Of a stretch of 64,000 nucleotides of DNA, positions 37,799 to 47,294 are shown piece by piece (the stretch's first letter is position 1; every line of letters starts with the position of its first letter). A model generated the notes under the pieces. It ran no database searches, was not told the origin of the DNA, and saw only the letters and a program-made list of their open reading frames with translations. A program made the translations under genes and the position numbers. This stretch comes from an uncultured delta proteobacterium (GTDB taxonomy: Bacteria > Desulfobacterota > Binatia > UBA9968), in the NCBI GenBank assembly GCA_963737905.1, contig CAVTUQ010000002.1:32001-96000 (forward strand). Direction: 5' to 3'.

Positions 37799-37861
37799 TA
37801 CCGGTGCGGCGGTGAACACAAGGATAGGACCCGGCATGCCCGGCGCTTGCACCAGGTTCTT

Positions 37862-39262
37862 CTACCCCATACGGCTAATAGGCAAGTCCGCACGAATGCC
37901 GTCTTGAATGCGCCGAATCATCACAAATCCATCTTTCAAGTGACGCCGCTCCAGAGCCGAAAGCGCGTTTAGATGAACATTGTGATCGAGCGGACGGTTG
38001 GCGCGCAGCGCCGCCAACTGCTGGCGCAAGCGAAGATGCAGCAAAAACTGAAAGATCTCTGCGAGCTCCGTAGCGTCATTCTGGCTGAGAATATTTCCGG
38101 ATTTGCCCGCCGTAGCCAATCTTTCCAAAGTCGAGCGCTCTCGTGATCCGCTGGCCAGCGCAGCCGCGCGTGCCAAGCCGACGATGGGCATGATCCCCCC
38201 TTTCTTGATATCGACCATTCCATTGTCGCTGCGTATACGGTTGAAAAAGCCCAGCGGCGGACCGAAGACCAGCGCGTCTTTTGTCATGTGAGCGATAAAA
38301 AGTTTTTCCGTTTTCGCACTCACCACAATCTCTTCCACTGCAGTCAGCGAAAGTTCGCCGGCCACTGCGCGAAAATCGAAGAAGATCGCGGCGTCCAGCA
38401 AAGCCTGTGGCTCCGGAGTACGCACCCAGCCGGCAAAAAGACGGCGCCATTCTTCGAGCGATTTGCACCAGCGAGTCGCCATAAAGCCACCGGCGCATGG
38501 GGGAAAGCCCACCTGAATCAGTCCATTGACGACGCGCTCGGCCAAGGCGGTGAAGTACACACGCGCCGCTTCAGAATCTTCGCCGTAGATCAACGCGTTG
38601 TCCTGGTCGGTGAGCAGCGTTTGCTCTAACCGCCCCTCGGAACCAAAGACAATCCAGGCGAATTTGGCAGGCGCTGGACCAAACTCTCTTTGGGCCAAAT
38701 GCACCAACCGTTTGATCAGGGCATCGTTGAGGCTGGAAACGATCTGGCCGATCTGGACTGCACCGAGACCACCGCGGAAGAGTGTCTGTACCGTGCCAGC
38801 AACCTCACTCGAGTAGTGAGCGAGCGCCGTCGGGTCTTCGACGCTATCTAACGTGCGGCGCAAATAAAACGCGCCGGTGGCCTCATGACGTAGCAAATCC
38901 GTACTGCTGATTATCCCAACGATTTTTCCTTCCTCAACAAGCGCCAAATGGTGAATGTGCTCTTCGAGCATGAGTCGTAGCGCAGCAAACACCGGCGCGT
39001 CCGAATCCAGCGTCTTTAAAGGGCGGCTCATTATTTGCCGCACGGGCGTTTCCGACCCAAGGCCCGCCGCCAACACGCGCCCGCGCAAATCGCGGTCGGT
39101 AATGATGCCCGTTGGATTCGTTGCCACCAAAACGGAACCAATGCCAGCCTCTTGCATGACCAACGCCGCTTGCGCGACAGAAGCCGCTTCGTCGATAAAG
39201 ACCGGCAAGCGCTTTATCAGATATTTTACCGGAAGCGCTAGATCATATTCGGGCGAGGACAT
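37862..39262 (-). CDS. CBS-pair + DUF294 putative nucleotidyltransferase
   Basis: Two CBS domains, FGSEGRLEQTLLTDQDNA, IFFDFRAV, DIKKGG; no N-terminal cNMP-binding domain. Confidence 0.9.
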   Translation of the reverse strand: MSSPEYDLALPVKYLIKRLPVFIDEAASVAQAALVMQEAGIGSVLVATNPTGIITDRDLRGRVLAAGLGSETPVRQIMSRPLKTLDSDAPVFAALRLMLEEHIHHLALVEEGKIVGIISSTDLLRHEATGAFYLRRTLDSVEDPTALAHYSSEVAGTVQTLFRGGLGAVQIGQIVSSLNDALIKRLVHLAQREFGPAPAKFAWIVFGSEGRLEQTLLTDQDNALIYGEDSEAARVYFTALAERVVNGLIQVGFPPCAGGFMATRWCKSLEEWRRLFAGWVRTPEPQALLDAAIFFDFRAVAGELSLTAVEEIVVSAKTEKLFIAHMTKDALVFGPPLGFFNRIRSDNGMVDIKKGGIMPIVGLARAAALASGSRERSTLERLATAGKSGNILSQNDATELAEIFQFLLHLRLRQQLAALRANRPLDHNVHLNALSALERRHLKDGFVMIRRIQDGIRADLPISRMG

Positions 39263-39349
39263 ACAGGTTATTTTATAGCACCCCAGGAAGCCGCAAGCCG
39301 ATCGTGCTGCCCATCACCTCGACCTCCAGGACGGCCGTAGGGCAGGCGC

Positions 39350-39637
39350 TCAGCGCGGTGTAGGCGCGGCCATGCTCGTCAAGAACAGAATGAGTGTCCA
39401 GAGCAAGCCATAGACGAGGAGCGCGGTCAACCGTAGATGCGACTCGGTTGCCTTCGGCACAAGCCAGGTCCGCACGGGCCAAGTTAGCGGCAAGGTAACC
39501 ACCGAAAAGAACCAAAGTACCTTGCTATCGGGTCTGGAGATGAGGCGCGAAAAAATGATGTGTAGCCCCAGATAGACGACTGCCACGAAGCAGAGAAACC
39601 GTACCAACACGAGCAGCGGAAGTGCCGACTCGCTCAT
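39350..39637 (-). CDS. Small membrane protein (YggT-like)
   Basis: Two to three hydrophobic segments with a FFSVVTLPL..VR pattern; co-oriented between actP and the DUF294 gene. Confidence 0.6.
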   Translation of the reverse strand: MSESALPLLVLVRFLCFVAVVYLGLHIIFSRLISRPDSKVLWFFSVVTLPLTWPVRTWLVPKATESHLRLTALLVYGLLWTLILFLTSMAAPTPR

Positions 39638-39695
39638 ATCAATAGCCGAGAAGCGAGAAGGTCACCCCTCCCGCTCCTCGCATTTCGACAAGATT

Positions 39696-41624
39696 CTAGT
39701 GCGCACCGACTGGAATATTACGCCCCAGCGGATCACCCGCGATAGCCTGCCCGGTCTTGGGATAGCGCACGCTGGCCACGAGGTCCTGCACCTGTTTCGG
39801 CGGCGCCTCGGTGAGCAGCGAGACGAGCCAGATAGTAATGAACCCCACGGGAAGCCCGAAAACAGCCGAAGCGATCGTCTGAGTTCCGAACCACGACACA
39901 CCAAAGAATCGGCTGCCGATCATGTAGTATGTGGTTACCGCAAGCCCGGCGATCATCCCCAGGCATGCCCCGGCTTTGTTTGCCCGCTTCCACCAAATGC
40001 CCATGACCAAGGCGGGGAAGAAGGAAGCTCCGGCCAGACTGAAAGCCCAGGCCACCAGCTCGACGATAATCGCGACACGGAAGGTGGCGACCCACGCGGC
40101 GAACAGGGCCGTAACCACGAGCAGCACCTTGGTGATAGTCAGCCGCTTGGTTAATGACGCTTTGGGGTCGAGGACGTTGTAGTACAGGTCGTGAGAGAAG
40201 GCATTGGCAATCGTCAGCAACAGGCCGTCGGCGGTGGAGAGAGCTGCTGCAAGACCTCCCGCCATGACAAGGCCGGTAATCACAAAAGGCAGGCCCGCGA
40301 TTTCGGGCATGGCAAGGACGACAAAGTCGGTGGATTTGACTACGAAGTCTGCCCACTCGACGAGGCCGTTGCCACTCTTGTCTATCACCTCGAAAAGGCC
40401 GGCGGGCGCCCACAACGTGACCCAGCGAGGCAGGTCGGCAATGTGAGTGCCGACCAGCTTCGTGTAGATCACAAAGCGCGCGAACGCCGCATAGGCCGGC
40501 GCCGTGAAGTAGAGTAGGAAGATAAAGAAAAGCGACCACGCCACCGATCGGCGTGCTTCTCTCACCGATGGCGTCGTGTAGTAGCGCGTGAGAATGTGGG
40601 GAAGCCCGGCAGTGCCTACCATCAAGCAAAAGGTCAAGGCAAGAAAGTTCCACATGCCCACGCCGCTGGGCACCGTCAGGTATCGGCCGATTTTTGCATC
40701 GTCACTGGTAGCGGGTGCTGTCGCTTGCTTCGTAGCCAAGCTAGCCTCTGCTTTCAGCTTGTCAATGGCGTCCTCGTCAAGGCCCCCGGCCTTGATTTTG
40801 GCATTCGCCTCATCGGCCGATTTTTTCCATAGAGCGCGAGTCTCCTTTTCCCTAGGATCGCGCGTAATTTCCAGCGCCTTGGTATTGTTGATCTGAAGGA
40901 GTTTACCGTAGGTCAACTGGGGGAGTGGAAGACCAAACATAATCCCTGAGAGATATACCACCGGCACGAGGTACGAGACTATCAGAATGATATATTGCGC
41001 CACCTGTGTCCATGTCACGGATCTCATGCCGCCGAGAACGGAGCAAAAGAGTACCCCGATCAAGCCCGCGAAGACGCCCACGTTGAAGGGCAGGCCAACG
41101 AAGCGCGAGACGATCAGGCCAACGCCCGTTACCTGAGCGATAAGGTAGGTGAAGGAACACGCGATCGCCGCGATGACACCGATCACACGCGCAAAGTTAC
41201 CACCGTATCTAGCGCCGAGAAAGTCCGGGATGGTGTAGGCGCCAAACTGGCGCAGATACGGGCCGAGAAATACCGCCAGTAGAAGGTAGCCCCCCGTCCA
41301 GCCCATCACATAGGCGAGCCCCGAAAACCCCAGTGCGGAGAGCGCGCCGGCCATTGAGATGAAGGATGCGGCGGACATCCAGTCCGAGCCGGTGGCCATG
41401 CCGTTGAACACGGCGGGGACGCCGCGACCCGCCACATAATACTGGTCGGGGTTTGAGGTGCGCGTAATGATGCCGATGACAATATAGATCCCGAGCGACA
41501 ATCCCATGAAAATCCAGCCGATCCACCGATTCGGCAATCCAAATAGCTGCTCGGCGATACCAATGAGAATTGTGACTCCCAGAAATCCGAGGGTATAAAG
41601 GATAAAAATTTTCCGTAAACTCAT
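39696..41624 (-). CDS. actP: Sodium:solute symporter, ActP / VC_2705 subfamily (acetate permease-like)
   Basis: YYVAGR, NGMATGSDWMSAASF, GTAGLPHIL, AAALSTADGLLL. Confidence 0.88.
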   Translation of the reverse strand: MSLRKIFILYTLGFLGVTILIGIAEQLFGLPNRWIGWIFMGLSLGIYIVIGIITRTSNPDQYYVAGRGVPAVFNGMATGSDWMSAASFISMAGALSALGFSGLAYVMGWTGGYLLLAVFLGPYLRQFGAYTIPDFLGARYGGNFARVIGVIAAIACSFTYLIAQVTGVGLIVSRFVGLPFNVGVFAGLIGVLFCSVLGGMRSVTWTQVAQYIILIVSYLVPVVYLSGIMFGLPLPQLTYGKLLQINNTKALEITRDPREKETRALWKKSADEANAKIKAGGLDEDAIDKLKAEASLATKQATAPATSDDAKIGRYLTVPSGVGMWNFLALTFCLMVGTAGLPHILTRYYTTPSVREARRSVAWSLFFIFLLYFTAPAYAAFARFVIYTKLVGTHIADLPRWVTLWAPAGLFEVIDKSGNGLVEWADFVVKSTDFVVLAMPEIAGLPFVITGLVMAGGLAAALSTADGLLLTIANAFSHDLYYNVLDPKASLTKRLTITKVLLVVTALFAAWVATFRVAIIVELVAWAFSLAGASFFPALVMGIWWKRANKAGACLGMIAGLAVTTYYMIGSRFFGVSWFGTQTIASAVFGLPVGFITIWLVSLLTEAPPKQVQDLVASVRYPKTGQAIAGDPLGRNIPVGAH

Positions 41625-41625
41625 G

Positions 41626-41895
41626 TTATCCCTCCTCTCTGATGCCGTATTTGAGGTCTTGCTTGTTCATGAGATAGGCGTATACCGCGATCTCGATGAC
41701 AAAGATCACCAGCGCTCCCTGCGCCGCCATGTAATAACCAAGCGGGAAGCCAAGGAACGAAAACTGATTGAGCCATCCCGCCCAGAGACCGGACACAAGA
41801 TAGGCGACTACGAACCAGATAATCAGCAAGATCGTGGTGAGAGTTATGTTGTATCGCCAGTACGCTTGCTTCTGCGATTCAGTGAGATCCGCCAT
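41626..41895 (-). CDS. DUF4212 small subunit of solute symporter
   Basis: AYWR..LLIIWF..GFPLGYYMAAQGA; AGGAGG RBS. Confidence 0.92.
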   Translation of the reverse strand: MADLTESQKQAYWRYNITLTTILLIIWFVVAYLVSGLWAGWLNQFSFLGFPLGYYMAAQGALVIFVIEIAVYAYLMNKQDLKYGIREEG

Positions 41896-42062
41896 GAGTA
41901 TCCTCCCTTGTGTGAATTAGATTCAGTCACTTCGGTGCTCGGTGCGGCATAACAAAAACTCACGCGAAGTGTCAAGCGGAATGTAAATGTGTTATTCCAG
42001 TCTTGGCGGAGGAATGACCAATACATGAATTATGGGCGCCGAATAGAAGGAGTGATTTTGAC

Positions 42063-42803
42063 ATGAGCAAAGTCGCCGTGGTTACGGGTGCTGCATCGGG
42101 GATTGGACAGGCGGTCGCGGAGCGTCTAGCCCGGGACGATTTCACCGGAGTGATTCTCGACATCAACGAGGAAGGCGGCAGTCAGATTGCGGCCGAACTC
42201 CGAAAACGCGGCAAACAGGCAATGTTTATTCGTCTAGATGTGACCCGGGAAGCCGATGTGCAGAAAACTTTTCAGAAAATCATCTCGGATCACAGCCGCA
42301 TCGATGTCCTCGTCAACGTTGCCGGCGGCAGCTTGCATCGACACAAAATTGAAGAGTTTCCATTGGACCGTTGGCAAGCCGTCATCGACGTTAATCTGAC
42401 CTCGACCTTTCTCTGCTGCCGGGCAGTTATCGGTTTGATGAAAAGTCAAAAAAGCGGCGCGATCGTGAATATTTCTTCCGATATCGGTTTCAGCGGAGAT
42501 GCCGGCCGCTCGGCCTATGCCGCGGCCAAGGCAGGCATTGTGGGATTTTCGATGACGTTGGCCCTTGAACTAGCGCCCTTCGGCGTGCGCGCCAATGTCG
42601 TGGCTCCGGGACGGATTGCGACCAGGCGCGTCCGGGCGACGTACTCCGATTCTGAGTGGGAAGCCGCAGCGAAACGAATCCCCCTCGGCCATGCCGGAGA
42701 ACCGGAAGACGTCGCCGAAGCCGTGGCCTTCCTCGCCAGCGACTCGAGCAGACATATGACCGGGCAAACGCTTCACGTGAACGGCGGGAGAATCATGGGG
42801 TAG
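42063..42803 (+). CDS. Short-chain dehydrogenase/reductase (FabG-like)
   Basis: TGAASGIG, NVAG, YAAAK, VAPG, TGQTLHVNGG. Confidence 0.92.
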   Translation: MSKVAVVTGAASGIGQAVAERLARDDFTGVILDINEEGGSQIAAELRKRGKQAMFIRLDVTREADVQKTFQKIISDHSRIDVLVNVAGGSLHRHKIEEFPLDRWQAVIDVNLTSTFLCCRAVIGLMKSQKSGAIVNISSDIGFSGDAGRSAYAAAKAGIVGFSMTLALELAPFGVRANVVAPGRIATRRVRATYSDSEWEAAAKRIPLGHAGEPEDVAEAVAFLASDSSRHMTGQTLHVNGGRIMG

Positions 42804-43015
42804 GCCGACTGTGGGCGTGGGTTAGAAAGTTTCGTCCCGATTTTTGTTCCTACCCGCTACATTTAGTCCTGCCCGGATAAGAGGTTTCAGTCAAGTCCCT
42901 AAGGCGGGACGTCATCGCTCGGACGGTTCTTCCCTTTCTGCGACTCTTACAACCTAAATTCATTGACCTACAGACCGAGATCGGCTATCTGTGCCTCAGC
43001 GCTTAGCATCAGGGA

Positions 43016-44026
43016 ATGACCATGAAAAAAAATTGCCTCCTTCTTGCCTTATGTGTTTTCGGTTGTCTCAGCGCCAACATGTCCGCAGGTGCAGGAGAAC
43101 CACTGCCGCTCCGTAAGATTCGCGCAGCTATTACTTCCATCTCCGGCTCCATGGTCCCTCCCTGGGCCGCCCACGAGGCGGGCATTTTCAGAAAGTACGG
43201 CTTAGAGGTCGAGGTGATCGCAATGCCCAGCGGTGTGCAAGGAATCAACGCGCTGATTGCGGGTGAAGTGGCGTTCGTACAGATCGCCGGGGGGACGACG
43301 GCGGGAGCCGCGGTGGGCGGCGCCAACGTAAAGATTGTCGCAACCACGGTTGGAACCTTGTTGTTAAATCTGATCGCGCGGCCAGAGATTGAGAAACCGG
43401 CGCAACTCCGCGGCAAGAACATAGGGATTAGCCGTTACGGCACGTCACTCCACACCGGAGCACGCATAGCCATGAAACATTTTGGCCTGGAGCCTGGGAA
43501 AGACGTTGCCATTGTCGAAATCGGTTCCGGCGATTGGATTGTCGGCGCGCTCCAAGGCGGCCGAGTCCAAGCCGCGGTGTTTGGATACCCCGCCACGAGC
43601 AGGGCCGTGAAGCTCGGAAACCGCGTGTTATTGCATTTACCGACCCTCAATATTCCTTATGCGTCCACGGGCGTCTCTACCCGGGGAGACATCATCCGTG
43701 ACGATCCGGACCTGGTTAAGGGGTATCTTTCGGCGGAAATTGAAGCGATTGCTCTGATGAAAAAAGATCGGGAGTTTACCATAAAGGTCTTGTCGAAGTA
43801 TCTCCGAACGAACGACATGGATCTGCTTTCGGAGTCCTATGACATCCAAATAACCAAATACATGATGAAGGTGCCCCTGACGACTGCGGACGCAGTCAGG
43901 TCGGTTTTAGATGAGCTTACCGAGAGACGTCCAAAGGCAAAGGAACAAGAACCCGGCAAATTTTTCGACGACAGATTCGTTCGCCAGTTACTGGCCAGCG
44001 ATTTTATTGACCCCCTCTACCGTTAG
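43016..44026 (+). CDS. ABC substrate-binding protein, SsuA/NMT1 family
   Basis: Signal peptide, FRKYGLEVE, LRGKNIGISRYG, FFDDRFVRQL. Confidence 0.88.
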   Translation: MTMKKNCLLLALCVFGCLSANMSAGAGEPLPLRKIRAAITSISGSMVPPWAAHEAGIFRKYGLEVEVIAMPSGVQGINALIAGEVAFVQIAGGTTAGAAVGGANVKIVATTVGTLLLNLIARPEIEKPAQLRGKNIGISRYGTSLHTGARIAMKHFGLEPGKDVAIVEIGSGDWIVGALQGGRVQAAVFGYPATSRAVKLGNRVLLHLPTLNIPYASTGVSTRGDIIRDDPDLVKGYLSAEIEAIALMKKDREFTIKVLSKYLRTNDMDLLSESYDIQITKYMMKVPLTTADAVRSVLDELTERRPKAKEQEPGKFFDDRFVRQLLASDFIDPLYR

Positions 44027-44169
44027 ACTAAGACTAGATCGAGGTGAGTTATGCATGCGCAAACTATCACCGTTTGGATACGCTGATCGTATCCAAAAGT
44101 ATATCGTTTCTGCTTGCGATTAACGATACAACGAGTCAAAAGTTGCGCCAAATAAAGCACATTCTCGGT

Positions 44170-44185
44170 TGGCATTGAGATTGCT
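44170..44185 (+). promoter_or_regulatory. Sigma54 (-24/-12) promoter
   Basis: TGGCATTGAGATTGCT with GG-N10-GC spacing, about 100 nt upstream of the protealysin start. Confidence 0.65.
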
Positions 44186-44283
44186 GATTCCTGTTAACCA
44201 AGCATCGACGCTGATCCGAAATATTTCAAACTGATCGATATCAAGAAATTTACATGTTTGAGGAGAAAAGGAGGAATCCAAAG

Positions 44284-45350
44284 ATGACTATTGAGACCAA
44301 AAATTAACGGACGTGGGAGTAGGAATTTGCTGCATCATTCCTCCCTACGTTATGGATCGTCTTGCGCGATCCACCGATTCGAAGATTCGTCAACTTGCCA
44401 TAGACACAATTGCAAATTCGTCGGCTATGCGCGCGATCCGCGCAACCATGGCGATGATGCCGGCCTTGGCCGCCATACCATCTCCGGCTGCCAAGCGTCA
44501 TCGTCTGGTCTATGATTTGAAAAACGGAGAATTCAACGACCTGCCTGGACAACTGATTCGCTCCGAAGGTGAGCCAAAGACCCAGGATATCGCTGAAAAC
44601 GAGGCCTATAACTACTCGGGAACAACTTATAATTTCTATAAAAGCGTTCTGGCAGAAATTCGCTCGACGACAATGGGATGACGTTGATTTCAAGCGTGCA
44701 TTTTGGGGAAAGGTACAACAACGCTTTCTGGAACGGTGAGCAAATGTGCTACGGCGATGGCGACGGACAGATTTTTATCCGATTCACGAAATCGGTGGAC
44801 GTGGTTGGCCATGAACTGACTCATGGTGTCGTTTCCAACACGTGCAACCTGATCTATTCCCGTGAATCTGGCGCGCTTAATGAGCATTTCGCTGATGTGT
44901 TTGGCACTCTCGTCAAGCAGTGGCGCAAGCGGCAAACCGTAAAGCAAGGCGACTGGCTTATCGGGGCGGAAATCATGGGACCGGGTACGACCGCGAAGTC
45001 GTTACGAACCTTTAAGGCAGAGAAGGCTTACGAGAACGACGCGCTTTTAGGGACGGACCCTCAACCCAAACATTTGAAAAACAAGTATACCGGTTCCGCC
45101 GATAACGGGGGTGTCCATATCAACTCTGGTATTCCTAACCACGCCTTCTATCTCGCCGCTCTGGAAATTGGCGGCAAAGCATGGGAAAGAGCTGGCAAGA
45201 TTTGGTATGCGACGATGCTCAAGCTGACGAGCCACGAGTCAGTTTAGCGATATGGTCCGGTCCACGACGGAGAGTGCGGCGACGCTTTATGGCAACAATA
45301 GTCGCGAGCAAAAGGCGGTAGTGAAGGCATGGAAGAGCGTGGGATTTTAA
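44284..45350 (+). CDS. Protealysin-like M4 metalloprotease (three apparent single-base frameshifts)
   Basis: AGGAGG RBS at ATG 44284; propeptide CCIIPPY; YNNAFWNG, HELTH, GALNEHFAD, DNGGVHINSGIPN, AWKSVGF-stop; frame breaks near 44302, 44651 and 45233. Confidence 0.88.
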
Positions 45351-45658
45351 ATGAAAATTCGTTTTCGCCAAACCGGTGGTTTCGGGGGGCTCGTCATGGG
45401 CTGTGATCTCGATACGAGCACCCTGTCACCGCCCGAAGCACAAGAGCTCGCGCGACTCGATCAAACAGGCAAATCTGGAAAATATTCACTCTCCACCGAA
45501 GCGCAGAGCGCGAGATTTGCAGAATTATGAAATTGCCGTTGAAGGTGAAGGAACCACCGCCAAGGCGTACCTTTGACGATATGAGCATGCCAGCCAACAT
45601 GAAACCCTTGCTCGATTTTTTGCGTCGGCGGGCTCGTGCGGTACCGCTGGACGGATAG
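45351..45658 (+). CDS. Emfourin (protealysin inhibitor) (two apparent frameshifts)
   Basis: MKIRFRQTGGFGG...DLDTSTLSPPEAQEL; ARDLQNYEIAVE; FDDMSMPANMKPLLDFL; starts immediately after the protealysin stop. Confidence 0.8.
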
Positions 45659-45805
45659 CCCGAATTATTTTTCTCAGGCGTTCGCTCCACAAATTCAGTT
45701 TACAGACGCCTCCGAGGTAAAGGTCCAGTGGCTTCGCTCCGGAGGGTTCGCTCCACGATCGTTGTGAATAATCCGGATTAGCACAACGCGTTACTCGCGC
45801 GGAAT

Positions 45806-46792
45806 CTACCAGTCTTCTTTTTCGAATCGCATACCGGTGGTTTCCGCGGCATATTTGATATCTTCCATCGACCAGGGATTACCGCATGTAATAACAACAC
45901 TGGTTGCGGGATCCATGCGGTCACGCAGAGTTTCGCGAGTCAGATGCTTCGGTAATGCCGGTTTGACGGTCTTCTCCAGAACCGCTTTTGCCTTTGCCAC
46001 ATCGCTGCCGTTCGCTGCAATCTGCTGCAAGTCCTGTTCTTCTTTGAGAGGCATCTCCAGCAGATAGCGCAGCATGTTATTCGCCCGTCCCCTGCCGAGT
46101 TTCGGGTCGTCCCAGTCGCGTTGGGTAGGCCGGCTCACCGACGGAACGTAGACAAAATCAAAACGCTGTGCCGCCTCGAGGTCGAGCAAGTCCTGGTAGT
46201 AATCCAGCTCTTCGTAGGTCCGGTTGGTATGGAGCAGCGTGTACCTGACGGAATTGCTTTTGCCTGACTTCGCCTCAAAGTCGAGCTGCTTCGCCATGGA
46301 GATAAAAGGCGCCAAGCCGGTCCCCGTCCCGATCAAAATCACATTCTTCAAGCCGGCCGCCCGTTTGTCCAGCGTAAAGTCTCCCGCGATCTTTTCGTAA
46401 TAGACCATCTTGTTGTCTGCTTCCGGGCTCATACGGAACATCGACTCCGTCAGTCTTCCCTTCACACCCTTTTCATCGATCTCCAAAATAACGTAAAACT
46501 CCAAGTAGCCTTTTTCCTCCGTCTCAAACGGTGCGGAGGCAATGGAATAGGAGTGAGTCACCGCGCCGCGCTTGGGGGCTCCCTGCGTATCGAGAACGGC
46601 TAGGTATTCTACTTTGCCTCCGTCTCCAACAACTTTCTTCGTCAGCCTGCAGTCATTGCGCTGCAGGGCCATATACTGACCGGCCTTGTAACTCGGAAAC
46701 TTGCTGCCTCCCTGCGGCACGAGACGAAAGACCGCCAATATATCGGAAGAATATCGCCAGTAATCTACAGCTCCGACCTTCTTTTCAGCCAT
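45806..46792 (-). CDS. Ferredoxin/flavodoxin-NADP+ reductase-like flavoprotein
   Basis: AGQY, HSYSIAS, GTGTGLAPF, CGNP, C-terminal aromatic residue (EDW). Confidence 0.85.
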   Translation of the reverse strand: MAEKKVGAVDYWRYSSDILAVFRLVPQGGSKFPSYKAGQYMALQRNDCRLTKKVVGDGGKVEYLAVLDTQGAPKRGAVTHSYSIASAPFETEEKGYLEFYVILEIDEKGVKGRLTESMFRMSPEADNKMVYYEKIAGDFTLDKRAAGLKNVILIGTGTGLAPFISMAKQLDFEAKSGKSNSVRYTLLHTNRTYEELDYYQDLLDLEAAQRFDFVYVPSVSRPTQRDWDDPKLGRGRANNMLRYLLEMPLKEEQDLQQIAANGSDVAKAKAVLEKTVKPALPKHLTRETLRDRMDPATSVVITCGNPWSMEDIKYAAETTGMRFEKEDW

Positions 46793-46955
46793 ACCACTAC
46801 CCCTTATCCAATTGATAACGCGAGGGGAAAATGAACTCCTGTTGTCGATGGTCCCAAGTCAGCGTGCAATTATAGAAGTTTAATTCGATTGGAAACCGGC
46901 CGGTCTTGGAGACTCCAATGCCTAGCCGGACCCATGGCATGAATCTAAGAGGATT

Positions 46956-47225
46956 CTACTGAAGCTCCCTTTTGCCTTCGTACTCTAACTCTGTACCGCG
47001 TGAATCTTTATGTGTAAAAGAGACGAGCTCCCAGGAGCTGTCTTCGAGGGGCCCCTTGAGGATATAAGAATTCTCATCATCGCCTAAGATACGATAGTAG
47101 CAGGCCTGCTCACCGTACCAGCGATCCACCACCGCGCCCACATTAATCGTTCGGGTCCCTAACAAAAACCGGGATGGAGTTTCTTGCCCCTTGGAGTCAG
47201 GAATGGATTCCACCTTGATCTTCAT
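46956..47225 (-). CDS. Conserved hypothetical protein (DUF6504-like)
   Basis: ETPSRF..VVDRWYGE..YYRI.GDD..YIL..WEL pattern. Confidence 0.6.
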   Translation of the reverse strand: MKIKVESIPDSKGQETPSRFLLGTRTINVGAVVDRWYGEQACYYRILGDDENSYILKGPLEDSSWELVSFTHKDSRGTELEYEGKRELQ

Positions 47226-47294
47226 AGTTCACTCTCTTTGCCAAATCACAACGACTTAATATAACGTAAATCGAACAAAATTCAAAGGAGTCCC

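Noticed and set aside
39733-40653. 306-aa alternate-frame ORF inside actP
   Set aside because: Arg-rich out-of-frame read of a well-supported gene.
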